IMG/VR virus record: IMGVR_UViG_3300024052_000085
Coordinates: 1-64,000 of that record
From: a virus
Reading direction: 5' to 3' (one strand)
Length of the DNA: 64,000 nt
Shown here one piece after another: positions 48,912 through 58,247 of the stretch. The notes beneath the pieces were generated by a model. It saw only the letters and a list, made by a program, of their open reading frames with translations. It was not told where the DNA came from and ran no database searches. Made by a program: the position numbers and the translations under genes. The first letter of the stretch is position 1, and every line of letters begins with the position of its first letter.

Positions 48912-49738
48912 TTTCAATAATCATACCAGCATATAAAGAGTACGATAACTTAGTTACTCTTATTCCTGAAATACGTAAAACCCTTAATGGCGATCTACAT
49001 GAAATAATTGTTGTAGATGACGATAGTAGGGATGGTACAGAAGGATTAGAGAATGCTAAGGTAATTGTTCGTAAGAACGAAAGAGGACTGTCGAGTGCTG
49101 TAATTAGAGGCATTAGAGAGTGTGAAACAGATGCTTTTGTAGTTATGGATGGAGATCATCAACATCCCCCTTCAGTCCTTCCTTCTCTAACTAGAGCATT
49201 AGACAATCATAATTTGGTTGTAGGCTCTAGATATGTTGAAGACGGAGGAACTTCTGGTTGGACTCTAACGAGAAAGATAGTAAGTAGAATAGCTAGTTTA
49301 ATGGGAAGACCTTTATGCGGTATTAGAGATTCTAGTTCAGGAATTTTTGGAACTTATAAATCGTTATTAAATATAGATAATCTTAACCCTATAGGATTTA
49401 AAATAGGTTTAGATATATACAACAAGTTACGCTATGAAAGTAAAACTGAAATACCTTATATATTCAGTTCACGTAAACATGGAGATTCTAAATTCACTTC
49501 TAAACAGGTTAAGGAGTATCTAAAGCAACTATTTAACTTATACATAGATTTCTTTAACCCTCGACAGTTAGGGAAGTATTGCTTGGTAGGTTCTCTTGGT
49601 GTAATTATCAACTTTGGTATTTTAATTGGATTAACAGAAGCCTTTGGATTTCATTATATAGTATCTGAAATGTTTGCTATAGGCTTAGTACTTATATCGA
49701 ACTTCATCTTAAATAAACATTGGACGTTTAAAGTATAA
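48908..49738 (+). CDS. GT2 polyprenol-phosphate mannosyltransferase (DPM1/Ppm1-like) fused to a GtrA-like domain
   Basis: SIIIPAY.E, VDDDS.DGT, RGLSSAV, MDGDHQHPP, VVGSRYV.GG, GFKI, G.SK; C-terminal TM pair ending NFILNKHWTF. Confidence 0.9.
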   Translation: MISIIIPAYKEYDNLVTLIPEIRKTLNGDLHEIIVVDDDSRDGTEGLENAKVIVRKNERGLSSAVIRGIRECETDAFVVMDGDHQHPPSVLPSLTRALDNHNLVVGSRYVEDGGTSGWTLTRKIVSRIASLMGRPLCGIRDSSSGIFGTYKSLLNIDNLNPIGFKIGLDIYNKLRYESKTEIPYIFSSRKHGDSKFTSKQVKEYLKQLFNLYIDFFNPRQLGKYCLVGSLGVIINFGILIGLTEAFGFHYIVSEMFAIGLVLISNFILNKHWTFKV

Positions 49739-50181
49739 TGGTAGGTAGAGATGCCTTCGGAGGTTTGTTTTCTGTTCTGACAAGATCAGAAGCTAGTTGG
49801 CTAGAAGATTACATTCGAGAGAATGCTGCTGAAGTATATGAGGATTATGAGGGACTAGCAAGTATGACTCTTAAAGACGTAATCCTGATGTTAAGCTTGG
49901 AAAATGAACAATTAGCTTACTCCATGAATGATAAAGAATGGAGAGAACAGTGGGATAACGAGAGTCTAGGGCCTTTAGGTTCTGAAAACGTAGTTAAACC
50001 TTTTAGAGATAGAATAGCTGCATTTAGAGCTATGCTTATCGAAGGAATGAGGATTCAGAAAAAGCTTGAAGCATACGCTAAGAAACATGAAATAAGCTAT
50101 AAGAAGATTAACTATAAACATTGGGGTCCTAAAGCTGATATGGATTATAATCCCAGAAACTTTACAGAGGTGAACTTTTAA
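49738..50181 (+). CDS. hypothetical protein, (Y/F)GG family member 2
   Basis: MVGRDAFGGLFSVLTRSE. Confidence 0.55.
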   Translation: MVGRDAFGGLFSVLTRSEASWLEDYIRENAAEVYEDYEGLASMTLKDVILMLSLENEQLAYSMNDKEWREQWDNESLGPLGSENVVKPFRDRIAAFRAMLIEGMRIQKKLEAYAKKHEISYKKINYKHWGPKADMDYNPRNFTEVNF

Positions 50182-50184
50182 ATT

Positions 50185-50616
50185 ATGGTAGGTAGAGATG
50201 TATACGGAGGATTCTATTCTCCTCTCAGTGGAAGAGATATTGCAGATATAAACAGTGTCCTAGAGACTACTGACTTCTATGCTTTTCTAGAACCCAGATT
50301 CCAAAAATTAGCAACACCGAGAGATATTAGGGGAATACCTAAAAATGTTCTTCTCGAGAACCTAGAAGTGTTTGAAAGGTCTAATAACCGTATGCTAAGA
50401 AAACATTCTAGAGAGACTGCTGAGCAATTTAGAGGAGAAAAAGATTACCCTTATTTAATGAGTCCAGAAGATGTAGGTCACTTTAAAAGACAAGGACTTA
50501 TAATTCGAAGAGCCATTGATAAACTAAAGGCCGATCAAAGAAGAGAGGGCTGGAGTAGTTATAAAGGTAATCCTAAATGGTTAGAACTTATGGAAGATCC
50601 TGGAACTGAAATATAA
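50185..50616 (+). CDS. hypothetical protein, (Y/F)GG family member 3
   Basis: MVGRDVYGGFYSPLSGRD. Confidence 0.55.
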   Translation: MVGRDVYGGFYSPLSGRDIADINSVLETTDFYAFLEPRFQKLATPRDIRGIPKNVLLENLEVFERSNNRMLRKHSRETAEQFRGEKDYPYLMSPEDVGHFKRQGLIIRRAIDKLKADQRREGWSSYKGNPKWLELMEDPGTEI

Positions 50617-50638
50617 TAACTGTAAAGGAATAGTATAT

Positions 50639-50833
50639 ATGCAAATTGGAGACACATATAGAGACAACAACCAAACTTACATTTGGTCTAAATGTCCTAT
50701 GTGCTTTTCTGAAAGAGGAGTAAGAAAACGTAGCTATATCCAAATTCCCCAATCTTTATGTCCTGACTGTAATTATATTAAGAGTAAGAGGGAGATGACT
50801 GGTTTGTGGGACTTTAAGAAGGCTCAAATATGA
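50639..50833 (+). CDS. C4 Zn-finger protein, paralog 2
   Basis: WSKCPMC..ER...SLCPDCN. Confidence 0.65.
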   Translation: MQIGDTYRDNNQTYIWSKCPMCFSERGVRKRSYIQIPQSLCPDCNYIKSKREMTGLWDFKKAQI

Positions 50834-51006
50834 AAGTAGGCGAGACATGGAAAGACGAAAGAGGTACTTGGTTTTGGGTAAGATGCCCTAATTGTAATGA
50901 GGAAAGAGAAGCTAGAAGAGCTTCAAAATATACTCCTGCTCTAAGGCTTTGTAAACCCTGCAATAAGAAAAGAGCTACTCAGTGGATGTCAGGACTAGTT
51001 TTATAA
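50830..51006 (+). CDS. C4 Zn-finger protein, paralog 3 (58 aa, not in the ORF track)
   Basis: MKVGETWKDERGTWFWVRCPNCNEER...RLCKPCN; ATGA/TAATG coupling at both ends. Confidence 0.7.
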   Translation: MKVGETWKDERGTWFWVRCPNCNEEREARRASKYTPALRLCKPCNKKRATQWMSGLVL

Positions 51007-51203
51007 TGCAATTTAACAAAGAATACGAGAATATAGAAGGCGTAAATTATTTACTTAAGCATAGACGTAGTTTAAGAATGTGGGATCTAGGAACTTTACG
51101 AAGTGTTGCTTCTGCTTTCGACTTAAATGTTAAAGGTAGCAGAACTGTATTAATTGCAAGGCTAGAAAGAGTATATCAAGACTTAAAGAATAGAGGGTTC
51201 TAA
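51006..51203 (+). CDS. SAP/HeH-like DNA-binding protein
   Basis: L...LR.....DL.V.G.R..LIARL; start moved to the TAATG-coupled ATG. Confidence 0.5.
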   Translation: MQFNKEYENIEGVNYLLKHRRSLRMWDLGTLRSVASAFDLNVKGSRTVLIARLERVYQDLKNRGF

Positions 51204-51204
51204 A

Positions 51205-51390
51205 ATGTACACTAAAAGAGAATGTGAATACGGTCCTGGAGAGTGGCCTCGCGAGTGTGGTACATGTAGTCACTATTCAGGTACACCAAATGCAGAAGTT
51301 ATAGATGCTACTTGCAGAATATTGGTACCTGAAGAAAATAACGTAGAAGAAGAGATGGTCTGTAAATTTCATGTAATGGTAAAAAGATAA
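51205..51390 (+). CDS. small 4-Cys protein, HiPIP-like spacing
   Basis: Y...CGTC.HY...C.I....V....VC. Confidence 0.4.
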   Translation: MYTKRECEYGPGEWPRECGTCSHYSGTPNAEVIDATCRILVPEENNVEEEMVCKFHVMVKR

Positions 51391-51391
51391 T

Positions 51392-51772
51392 TTGGGTAAT
51401 CAATCTAAATCTCTTCAAGGAAGAGTAAGTAAACAAAGATACAAAGAACGAAAGTTAGAAGTATACAGTTTACTAGGAGGAAGGTGTGCCGAATGTCACG
51501 AGACAGATGATAGGGTTCTCCAAATTGACCATAGATATTCGGACGGTAATAAAGAAAGAAAATTTACTAGATCTCAACTGTACGCAAGGGTAAGAAAGAA
51601 CACTAACAGATATCAGTTACTATGCGCTAATTGCAATTGGAGAAAGAGAACTAAAGATATGGTAGTACAATCAAGAGATAATGTCTGGTGGAGAACTAAA
51701 AGTAAAATAGCTACATCGATTATACTAACAAGCTTTATAACAGCTTTAGGAGCGTACGTATATTATGACTAG
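51392..51772 (+). CDS. HNH-type nuclease domain with C-terminal TM
   Basis: GG.CAEC, LQIDH, LLCANCN. Confidence 0.7.
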   Translation: MGNQSKSLQGRVSKQRYKERKLEVYSLLGGRCAECHETDDRVLQIDHRYSDGNKERKFTRSQLYARVRKNTNRYQLLCANCNWRKRTKDMVVQSRDNVWWRTKSKIATSIILTSFITALGAYVYYD

Positions 51773-52722
51773 TCCAAGTGGATACATTTGGTGCCCCCTA
51801 TGTAAAGCAATGAGACCTGGAGGTCTTGCCGGACATCCTACAGATACTGAAGGTAGATTGATAAATGCAGTAGTTCTACATAAAGACGTAGAACGTTCTA
51901 CAGGCAATCCTTTTAAAGGAATAGATTTAGATCCTCAAGAAGCTTATAGAGCTAGTACCCGTCAGAAAGGACGTTGGGTTGAGGGAGGTCCTGAAGCTGA
52001 TCCCAAGATGTCTATAGGTCAATTAATAGATGTTATGGCTTGGAATCTTTATACTACAGCAGCAGCTTATAAGTCTAAACATCCGGGATCTACTATGGAT
52101 CAGATTGCTTCAGGGATGAACTTAGATCACTTCTGGGAGCTAGCACAAGAATCTAGAGATTCAGGTTTCTTAGATGAACAATACTCTAATGCATGGATAT
52201 ATGAAAATATAATCCTACAACCTAATACCTGGAATAGAGTAATAAGAGATCTCGAAGGTTATCAAGCTACCAACCGTAACCGTGTATGGGATAACTCTTA
52301 TCTGAGTCCAGAACCAGGTTCTCGATCACGCCTACCTAAATCTGGAGGAGAAAAACGAAAGACATTCTACAGGAGACTATATCCTTCTATCAGAGGAGAG
52401 TCGACTGCAGGACCAGACGATCCAGGCAAGACTTCAGAATTCGGATTTTAGATAATGCCTAATAAACGTTACATTCTAACAGTTAAGTTTCCTACAAAGG
52501 ATCCTAGTCCTCCAGAGATGCAGGAGTTCTATGAAAACCTTTCAGATACTCTAAATGATAAATGGTACTATCAAGAGTATGGTGTTGCAGGTAAAAACAA
52601 AGGCTTTAGAAGAATTGGATTTCTTAATCTGACTCCTCTACAATTAAAAACAGTCAAGAAGAAAGCTAGAGAGTACCTTTCTAAAGTAACATTCTCTAAA
52701 AGCGTAAGTACAGAGAGGTCTG

Positions 52723-53292
52723 ATGGCTAAGAAAAGACGAAGGCTAAATCTAGATATAGGCTATGCTGATGGTGAACCTGTAAGAGGAACTACTATAGGA
52801 CTAGATCCTTATCCACATTATCCTGAATCGGATTATCTGAAAGATCCAGAATTCATAGTACCTGATATACAAATTAAAGGAGAGGGTGAATCTCTTCCTT
52901 TTAAAACTGGTTCTTTAGATCGTACAACTTCTTTTTTCCCTGACGGAATAATGGCATTTCCTAATGAAGGATATGCTCAATTCAAGTCAAGAAAAATGTA
53001 TCCTTATCCTGAAGATTTTGATCCTGAAGAACATTGGATAGCTCTTATAGAGAGTCTTAGAGTATTAAGACCTGGAGGAACTACTAGACATGTTTGGGAT
53101 AATGAAATGGAAATCCCAACACCTTTACAAGTACGAAAGGATCCTTACTATCTAGCTCTGATACAGCTTCTTAAAAACCATGACATGGAAAATATTAAGA
53201 TTGAGATAGAAGACAACGGTCTCCAAGGATGGGAAGATGGAGTACCTCAATATCATTATGCATTCATATTGACTGCTAGGAAGAAAAAATAA
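52723..53292 (+). CDS. class I SAM-dependent methyltransferase-like, paralog 3
   Basis: LDIG, GEGESLPF..GSLD, ESLRVLRPGG. Confidence 0.7.
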   Translation: MAKKRRRLNLDIGYADGEPVRGTTIGLDPYPHYPESDYLKDPEFIVPDIQIKGEGESLPFKTGSLDRTTSFFPDGIMAFPNEGYAQFKSRKMYPYPEDFDPEEHWIALIESLRVLRPGGTTRHVWDNEMEIPTPLQVRKDPYYLALIQLLKNHDMENIKIEIEDNGLQGWEDGVPQYHYAFILTARKKK

Positions 53293-53303
53293 AGGAGAAA
53301 TAG

Positions 53304-54716
53304 ATGGTACAAGTTTTACAAAGGCCTTGGGTTATTCCCTTAGCAATATTTATTATTGCTTCGGGATATTTCCTTTCTATGGCCGCAACGTTTCCTACAT
53401 TTTTTAACGCAAATTCGGATTCAGCATTATTCTTAATAGCAGCTAAATTCCTTAGAATAGGACATCCTAGCCCTGGCTATCCTTTATATACTTTAATAAA
53501 CGCAGGCTGGTTATATATAACTCCTTTCTGGAGCGAGGTATTCTCTCTTACATTCCTTAACGTAATATTCTCTGGTGCAGTTGCTGGTATACTCTACTTA
53601 ATAACTCGTACAGTGATGGCACCTCTACTTTGGATGTCTGCAGGTATAGTAGTAAGTCAATCTACCATCTTAGAGCAATATTCTTTGATGATTCTTTTTA
53701 TGGTAGTCTCTTATTACTTCTATCGTCAAGATAAACGTTCCTTAGCTTATGCAATTGCAAGCTTTGGAATTATGGTAAACCATCAAGCAGGCTTTTGTAT
53801 CATAGCTTACCTAGCTAACGATATATATCGCCATAATTCATTAAAACCTTTCTTGTGGTCTTTTATATCTCTTCCATTATTAGCTTATATACCTTTAGCT
53901 AACAGACCACCTTTTCTAATGATAGATGGAGACAGTCCAAGGAACTACATTAATTACTTCCTAGGTCAAAGAGGCCTCATAATGGGTCTATCTATAATTC
54001 CTACAGACGATCTAATAACCAGATCTTGGGAAACAGTCAGACTCGTATTAGGTGGATTAGGCATATCTGTAATACTTATATTCTTTGCGATTAAGAATAC
54101 AATCAAAGATAGTATAGTCTTACCTATAATGTTCTTTCTACCTCTATTATATTACTTCGGTATGTTAAGCTCTTGGGCCTATACATATACATTGCCTATT
54201 ATAGCATTCGGAATAATTCTAGCTTGTCAATACGAGTGGAAGTTTATTAGAAACGCTTGTATAGCAGGTTCTATAGTCCTTATAGCTATGAATTTCATGT
54301 GGTATGACTTCGGAAGAACATTAGATGAAGAAAGAACCAACGTACAATTCTTAGAGACATTAGAAGAACTTCCATCAGACGCTGTAGTAATAAGTAATAA
54401 AGGATTTCTAACTCCTTTATGGATAATGTTACATAATCTAGAAAACGATACAGAAATTAAAAATCTCAGTTGGGATCTCTTAGGAGAGTATGCTACCAAT
54501 ACTAAAGATTGGAATCCTGATTTAGATGTTCTTGTTAATGCTGAAGAGGATGGAAGATTATATGAGTATTCTTTGATAGATGCAAAGACTTTAGAAGTAC
54601 AACTTAAACAGTTAGATAAGGACGATAAAGAATATACTGATTTTATTAAGTGGTTAGAAAGTCCAATAACTGCAAGATTAGACTGTAAGCTTAGAGAGAG
54701 GCAATGGACATGTTAA
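53304..54716 (+). CDS. multi-TM GT-C glycosyltransferase, DUF2723/TMEM260-like protein O-mannosyltransferase
   Basis: DS..F..AA..L.I.HP.PGYPLY after TM1, SQS...E.Y; many TM helices. Confidence 0.75.
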   Translation: MVQVLQRPWVIPLAIFIIASGYFLSMAATFPTFFNANSDSALFLIAAKFLRIGHPSPGYPLYTLINAGWLYITPFWSEVFSLTFLNVIFSGAVAGILYLITRTVMAPLLWMSAGIVVSQSTILEQYSLMILFMVVSYYFYRQDKRSLAYAIASFGIMVNHQAGFCIIAYLANDIYRHNSLKPFLWSFISLPLLAYIPLANRPPFLMIDGDSPRNYINYFLGQRGLIMGLSIIPTDDLITRSWETVRLVLGGLGISVILIFFAIKNTIKDSIVLPIMFFLPLLYYFGMLSSWAYTYTLPIIAFGIILACQYEWKFIRNACIAGSIVLIAMNFMWYDFGRTLDEERTNVQFLETLEELPSDAVVISNKGFLTPLWIMLHNLENDTEIKNLSWDLLGEYATNTKDWNPDLDVLVNAEEDGRLYEYSLIDAKTLEVQLKQLDKDDKEYTDFIKWLESPITARLDCKLRERQWTC

Positions 54717-55015
54717 CCAAAATCATTCAGGGAGCTTCAGTACTACTAATTCCTGTATGGATCCTACTAGCATATTTGTCAGTACCTTTAGTGACAGGAG
54801 TTGAAATAGTATACCCGCTTAGAGGAGTAATTCTGTCAGGGAAGAATGCTTTATTCTTTTTCAACATTATAGCTGTAGCTGCTATGGGAGGTTATTTAGC
54901 TAGTAAGTTTAGGAATAACAAACCAGTATATATTGCTATACAAACTACAACATTTATTCTGGTAATTCTAATAGCTTGGATAACTTCGAAGATTCAGCAT
55001 TCTTATACAATATAA
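54704..55015 (+). CDS. three-TM membrane protein
   Basis: Hydrophobicity; coupled to the GT-C gene. Confidence 0.6.
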   Translation: MDMLTKIIQGASVLLIPVWILLAYLSVPLVTGVEIVYPLRGVILSGKNALFFFNIIAVAAMGGYLASKFRNNKPVYIAIQTTTFILVILIAWITSKIQHSYTI

Positions 55016-55183
55016 TATGGGTAAGAAAAGAAGACTATTCAAGATCAGGTTTAAAGTAAATGGCAAAGCTAAGACATATAGAACGATGGCTAAGTCTAGT
55101 CATGATGCTGCAAAGAGAATGAAAAGTATAGGTCAAATAATTAGTATAACTCAGGAACATTAGCTCACACCACACCATATATA

Positions 55184-55208
55184 GCATCAGATCAAATTAG
55201 AGTAAAAT
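55184..55208 (+). promoter_or_regulatory. virus-specific promoter motif, copy 4
   Basis: GCATCAGATCAAATTAGAGTAAAAT, intergenic. Confidence 0.7.
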
Positions 55209-55239
55209 ATCCATATAGAAGTACAAAAAGAGGTTTCGT

Positions 55240-57273
55240 ATGGCAGCTACCGTACATAATTATGAAGCAGGCGACGTGGTATCTATTACGTCCCAAAAAG
55301 GTTTCTATACAGAAGAGTTCGGTGAGATAAATAGAAGTAAGCCCGGAGGTCCCGGATTACTGCGTCTAAATCCTGGAATTGAGACGAAGTATTCTATTTG
55401 CTTTATTGATGCAGACGGTGATGGTAATGTAGACACTACCGAATGTATTTGGATTCCTATTCCTAACACTATAGGTGTTATGGCAGTTCATGGTTATGGA
55501 TTAAACTTTCCTATTCCTCCTACTGACGAAGGCGTAAACCTACTTCGTAGTGCATTTAGGAAAGTAAGGGGAGCTGCTGCTAATGTTCTTGAACTAGGTA
55601 GTCCGAGTCCTCGGGAAAATAGAGAGCAAAGAGACGCTCCTTCAGACGATAAGAGGATGTATATAACTGACGAGGGAATGCAAGCCTTCGACGATGTATA
55701 TACTAGAGAACAAGAAAGAGTACAACAACTAAAAGGTCCTGAAGCTCTTTCAGAAGCAAAGAAGATACGTCAAGATCGTGCAGATATCCTTTCATTCATT
55801 AATGAGAAGAGATCAGATAAAGAAATTCATGCTAGATTTGGTGACTCAGAATTCCATCGCATGAAAGCCGAAGGGCATTATTCATATAATGAAGAAGACT
55901 GGCATTTTTATGAATCAGAAGAATCTGAAGAAACAGTAGCAGACTCTTCAGGTCAAGATCTGTATAATCTAGAAGGTCCCGAAAGTGTATTTGAAGCTGG
56001 CAAAGAAACTTCAGAAACAAGACCAGATCAAGATACTGATTTAGTAGTATCAGAACCAGAAGTATCTACTGAAGTATCAGACTCTCCAGGTCCCAAAGCT
56101 TCCAGAAATGGTAAACGTGCTTTGGGTAATATAGCTAACTTAGGTAGATCATTTGCTATTGGAAAATTAGCCCAGACAGATATAGGACAGAAGCTTGGTG
56201 TAGAAGCAAGAACACATAGAATGCTTGCACATATTCCAATTGAGACAGCTGTTGTATTCTTATCAGATATGCCAGAGCTTGGAGTTGAAAAGAATGATAA
56301 GGGTACAGTTAAATTAGGTCCTAGAGGAAGAGAAAAGGTTGTTTACTTTGGTGAAGGTGAATACGTTATACCAAAGCAAAATACTATTCTTGGTTTAGCA
56401 ACCTCTGCTCCTACTCAAGCAACTTCAGTTACAGCTATTACAGGTAAGTGGGGAGCTACTTCAACTACACCATCTAGTGTTCTTTCTTCTATAGATCCTT
56501 TTACAGGTAGAAGTTCAAGAAGTTCAATAGACTTTAATGACGGTTTACCTCCAGGTTTTAATGCTGAACACTATGCAAGTTTATCTCGTACGGCACGAAA
56601 TCAATACTTAAGATCTTTTAAAAGTATTGATATAGGATATATAGGTACTGCAAAAGAGCGTAACACAAGACCTAGCATTGAAAGAAAAATACAAGCCAGA
56701 CTTAGAAAAGAAAACCAACATATTCAAAGTCAAAGCGAATCAGAAGAAAGAAGGAAGAATAAAGCACCCAGACCCCCCAGCGCAACTACTATAAGAGAAT
56801 CGATGGTTAAAGTTGTCTTTGACGAAGAAACAGATCGCTGGGTAGCTCTAATACAAATACCTTCTGACAGAGTTCCTTCTACTGCAGTAGCTCCTGGAGG
56901 TATAGATCTGGAAACTTCTAGATGGAAACCTATTTCAACCTCTGAGAGAAATAAAATACAAAATGTTATAGAGGAATGGAAACGTCTTAATCCGAGTAAA
57001 ATTCCAAACTACGAAATACGCGATAAACTAAAGATAGGTACTCAAGACAGTGCTATTCGAGATATCTATAGCGGAAATATAGGAATGGATAGAAGCGATA
57101 TTGATGACGTAGCAAATTTTGTTGATGACGGTATGATTAATTTCGTTCAACAACATGCTACAGGACAACCAGGCTATACAAGCGAAGACATGTCTAAAAT
57201 TAATTTAGGTAGAGGTTTTGAAATCAATCCACAAAACTTAGAACACGATTATAGTTTTGACGATGAAGAATAA
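55240..57273 (+). CDS. large hypothetical protein (677 aa)
   Basis: Long ORF downstream of promoter motif copy 4. Confidence 0.7.
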   Translation: MAATVHNYEAGDVVSITSQKGFYTEEFGEINRSKPGGPGLLRLNPGIETKYSICFIDADGDGNVDTTECIWIPIPNTIGVMAVHGYGLNFPIPPTDEGVNLLRSAFRKVRGAAANVLELGSPSPRENREQRDAPSDDKRMYITDEGMQAFDDVYTREQERVQQLKGPEALSEAKKIRQDRADILSFINEKRSDKEIHARFGDSEFHRMKAEGHYSYNEEDWHFYESEESEETVADSSGQDLYNLEGPESVFEAGKETSETRPDQDTDLVVSEPEVSTEVSDSPGPKASRNGKRALGNIANLGRSFAIGKLAQTDIGQKLGVEARTHRMLAHIPIETAVVFLSDMPELGVEKNDKGTVKLGPRGREKVVYFGEGEYVIPKQNTILGLATSAPTQATSVTAITGKWGATSTTPSSVLSSIDPFTGRSSRSSIDFNDGLPPGFNAEHYASLSRTARNQYLRSFKSIDIGYIGTAKERNTRPSIERKIQARLRKENQHIQSQSESEERRKNKAPRPPSATTIRESMVKVVFDEETDRWVALIQIPSDRVPSTAVAPGGIDLETSRWKPISTSERNKIQNVIEEWKRLNPSKIPNYEIRDKLKIGTQDSAIRDIYSGNIGMDRSDIDDVANFVDDGMINFVQQHATGQPGYTSEDMSKINLGRGFEINPQNLEHDYSFDDEE

Positions 57274-57653
57274 TGGTTATTAAAGTTAGATTAGGTAAAA
57301 CTGTACGTCCTTGGGGAACTTTCTATGATTTAGAAAGAGAAGAGGGTTATCTAGTAAAGAAACTACACTTACGTCCCGAATCTCGTACTAGTCTACAATA
57401 TCATACAGAAAGAGAAGAAGTATGGGTTGTAGTAAGTGGCCATGGTAACGCTTGGCACCAAAGTATGTTTGATACTAACGATCCTGTATGTGAAACCATA
57501 GGTGTTGGCGATACTCTTAGAGTTGGAATAGGAGAACCTCATAGAATAGAAAATACTTCTACATCTGAAGATTTAGTTATAGTAGAAGTTCAACTTGGTG
57601 AAATTTGCGATGAAGAAGATATAGTTAGAATAGCTGATGATTACGGAAGATAA
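57273..57653 (+). CDS. mannose-6-phosphate isomerase type II-like cupin (ManC C-terminal domain)
   Basis: RPWG, VKKL...P..R.SLQYH..R.E.W.VV.G, HRIEN, EVQ.G..EEDIVR..DDYGR. Confidence 0.9.
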   Translation: MVIKVRLGKTVRPWGTFYDLEREEGYLVKKLHLRPESRTSLQYHTEREEVWVVVSGHGNAWHQSMFDTNDPVCETIGVGDTLRVGIGEPHRIENTSTSEDLVIVEVQLGEICDEEDIVRIADDYGR

Positions 57654-57743
57654 GGGGTAATTATTTAAGGCCGCAGTTAATTATTTACCCCAGAGATCAG
57701 ACATCCTCAAGATCAACCCCACTTTTATTAGGAGAGCAAAATT

Positions 57744-58058
57744 ATGACTATGTATTATCCAACAATTAAAGGTATGAAGCTAACTCAGAAGAGCGACTTT
57801 GATCCCAGTAGTAAAATTGAAGATTATATATTCAATGAACTTATGTCTAAGCCGTGGACTGAAGAGGATTACTTTAGAGAACATCTAGGTCATGGACCTA
57901 AACCTAGTTGGAGAAATCTAAACCCAGCAGAAACTATATGGAAGAACTCTATTAGAAATGGTTTCATAAGTAGTAATCCTGAAGATAACTTCTATACTAT
58001 AAGAAGCCACTCTACTTACGGAGAACAAGTAGAATTTATGCAAGATCCTACTATATGA
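57744..58058 (+). CDS. hypothetical protein, paralog of 58248..58676
   Basis: YYPT..G...GFISSNPEDN. Confidence 0.55.
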   Translation: MTMYYPTIKGMKLTQKSDFDPSSKIEDYIFNELMSKPWTEEDYFREHLGHGPKPSWRNLNPAETIWKNSIRNGFISSNPEDNFYTIRSHSTYGEQVEFMQDPTI

Positions 58059-58247
58059 GAATAACTAAAGAACATACAACCATACACGGTGGTCCGATAC
58101 CTGAGAAAAGAGTATTAGCTGATAAGAAATTCATTATCAATGAGAAGCTTAAAAAGATAGTTATTAAGCACCAAAGAGGTTTTTTAAGCGATCGCCAAAA
58201 GGCTGAGTTAATAGCTGTACACTTAAAAGAATATAAGGAATTGGAAG

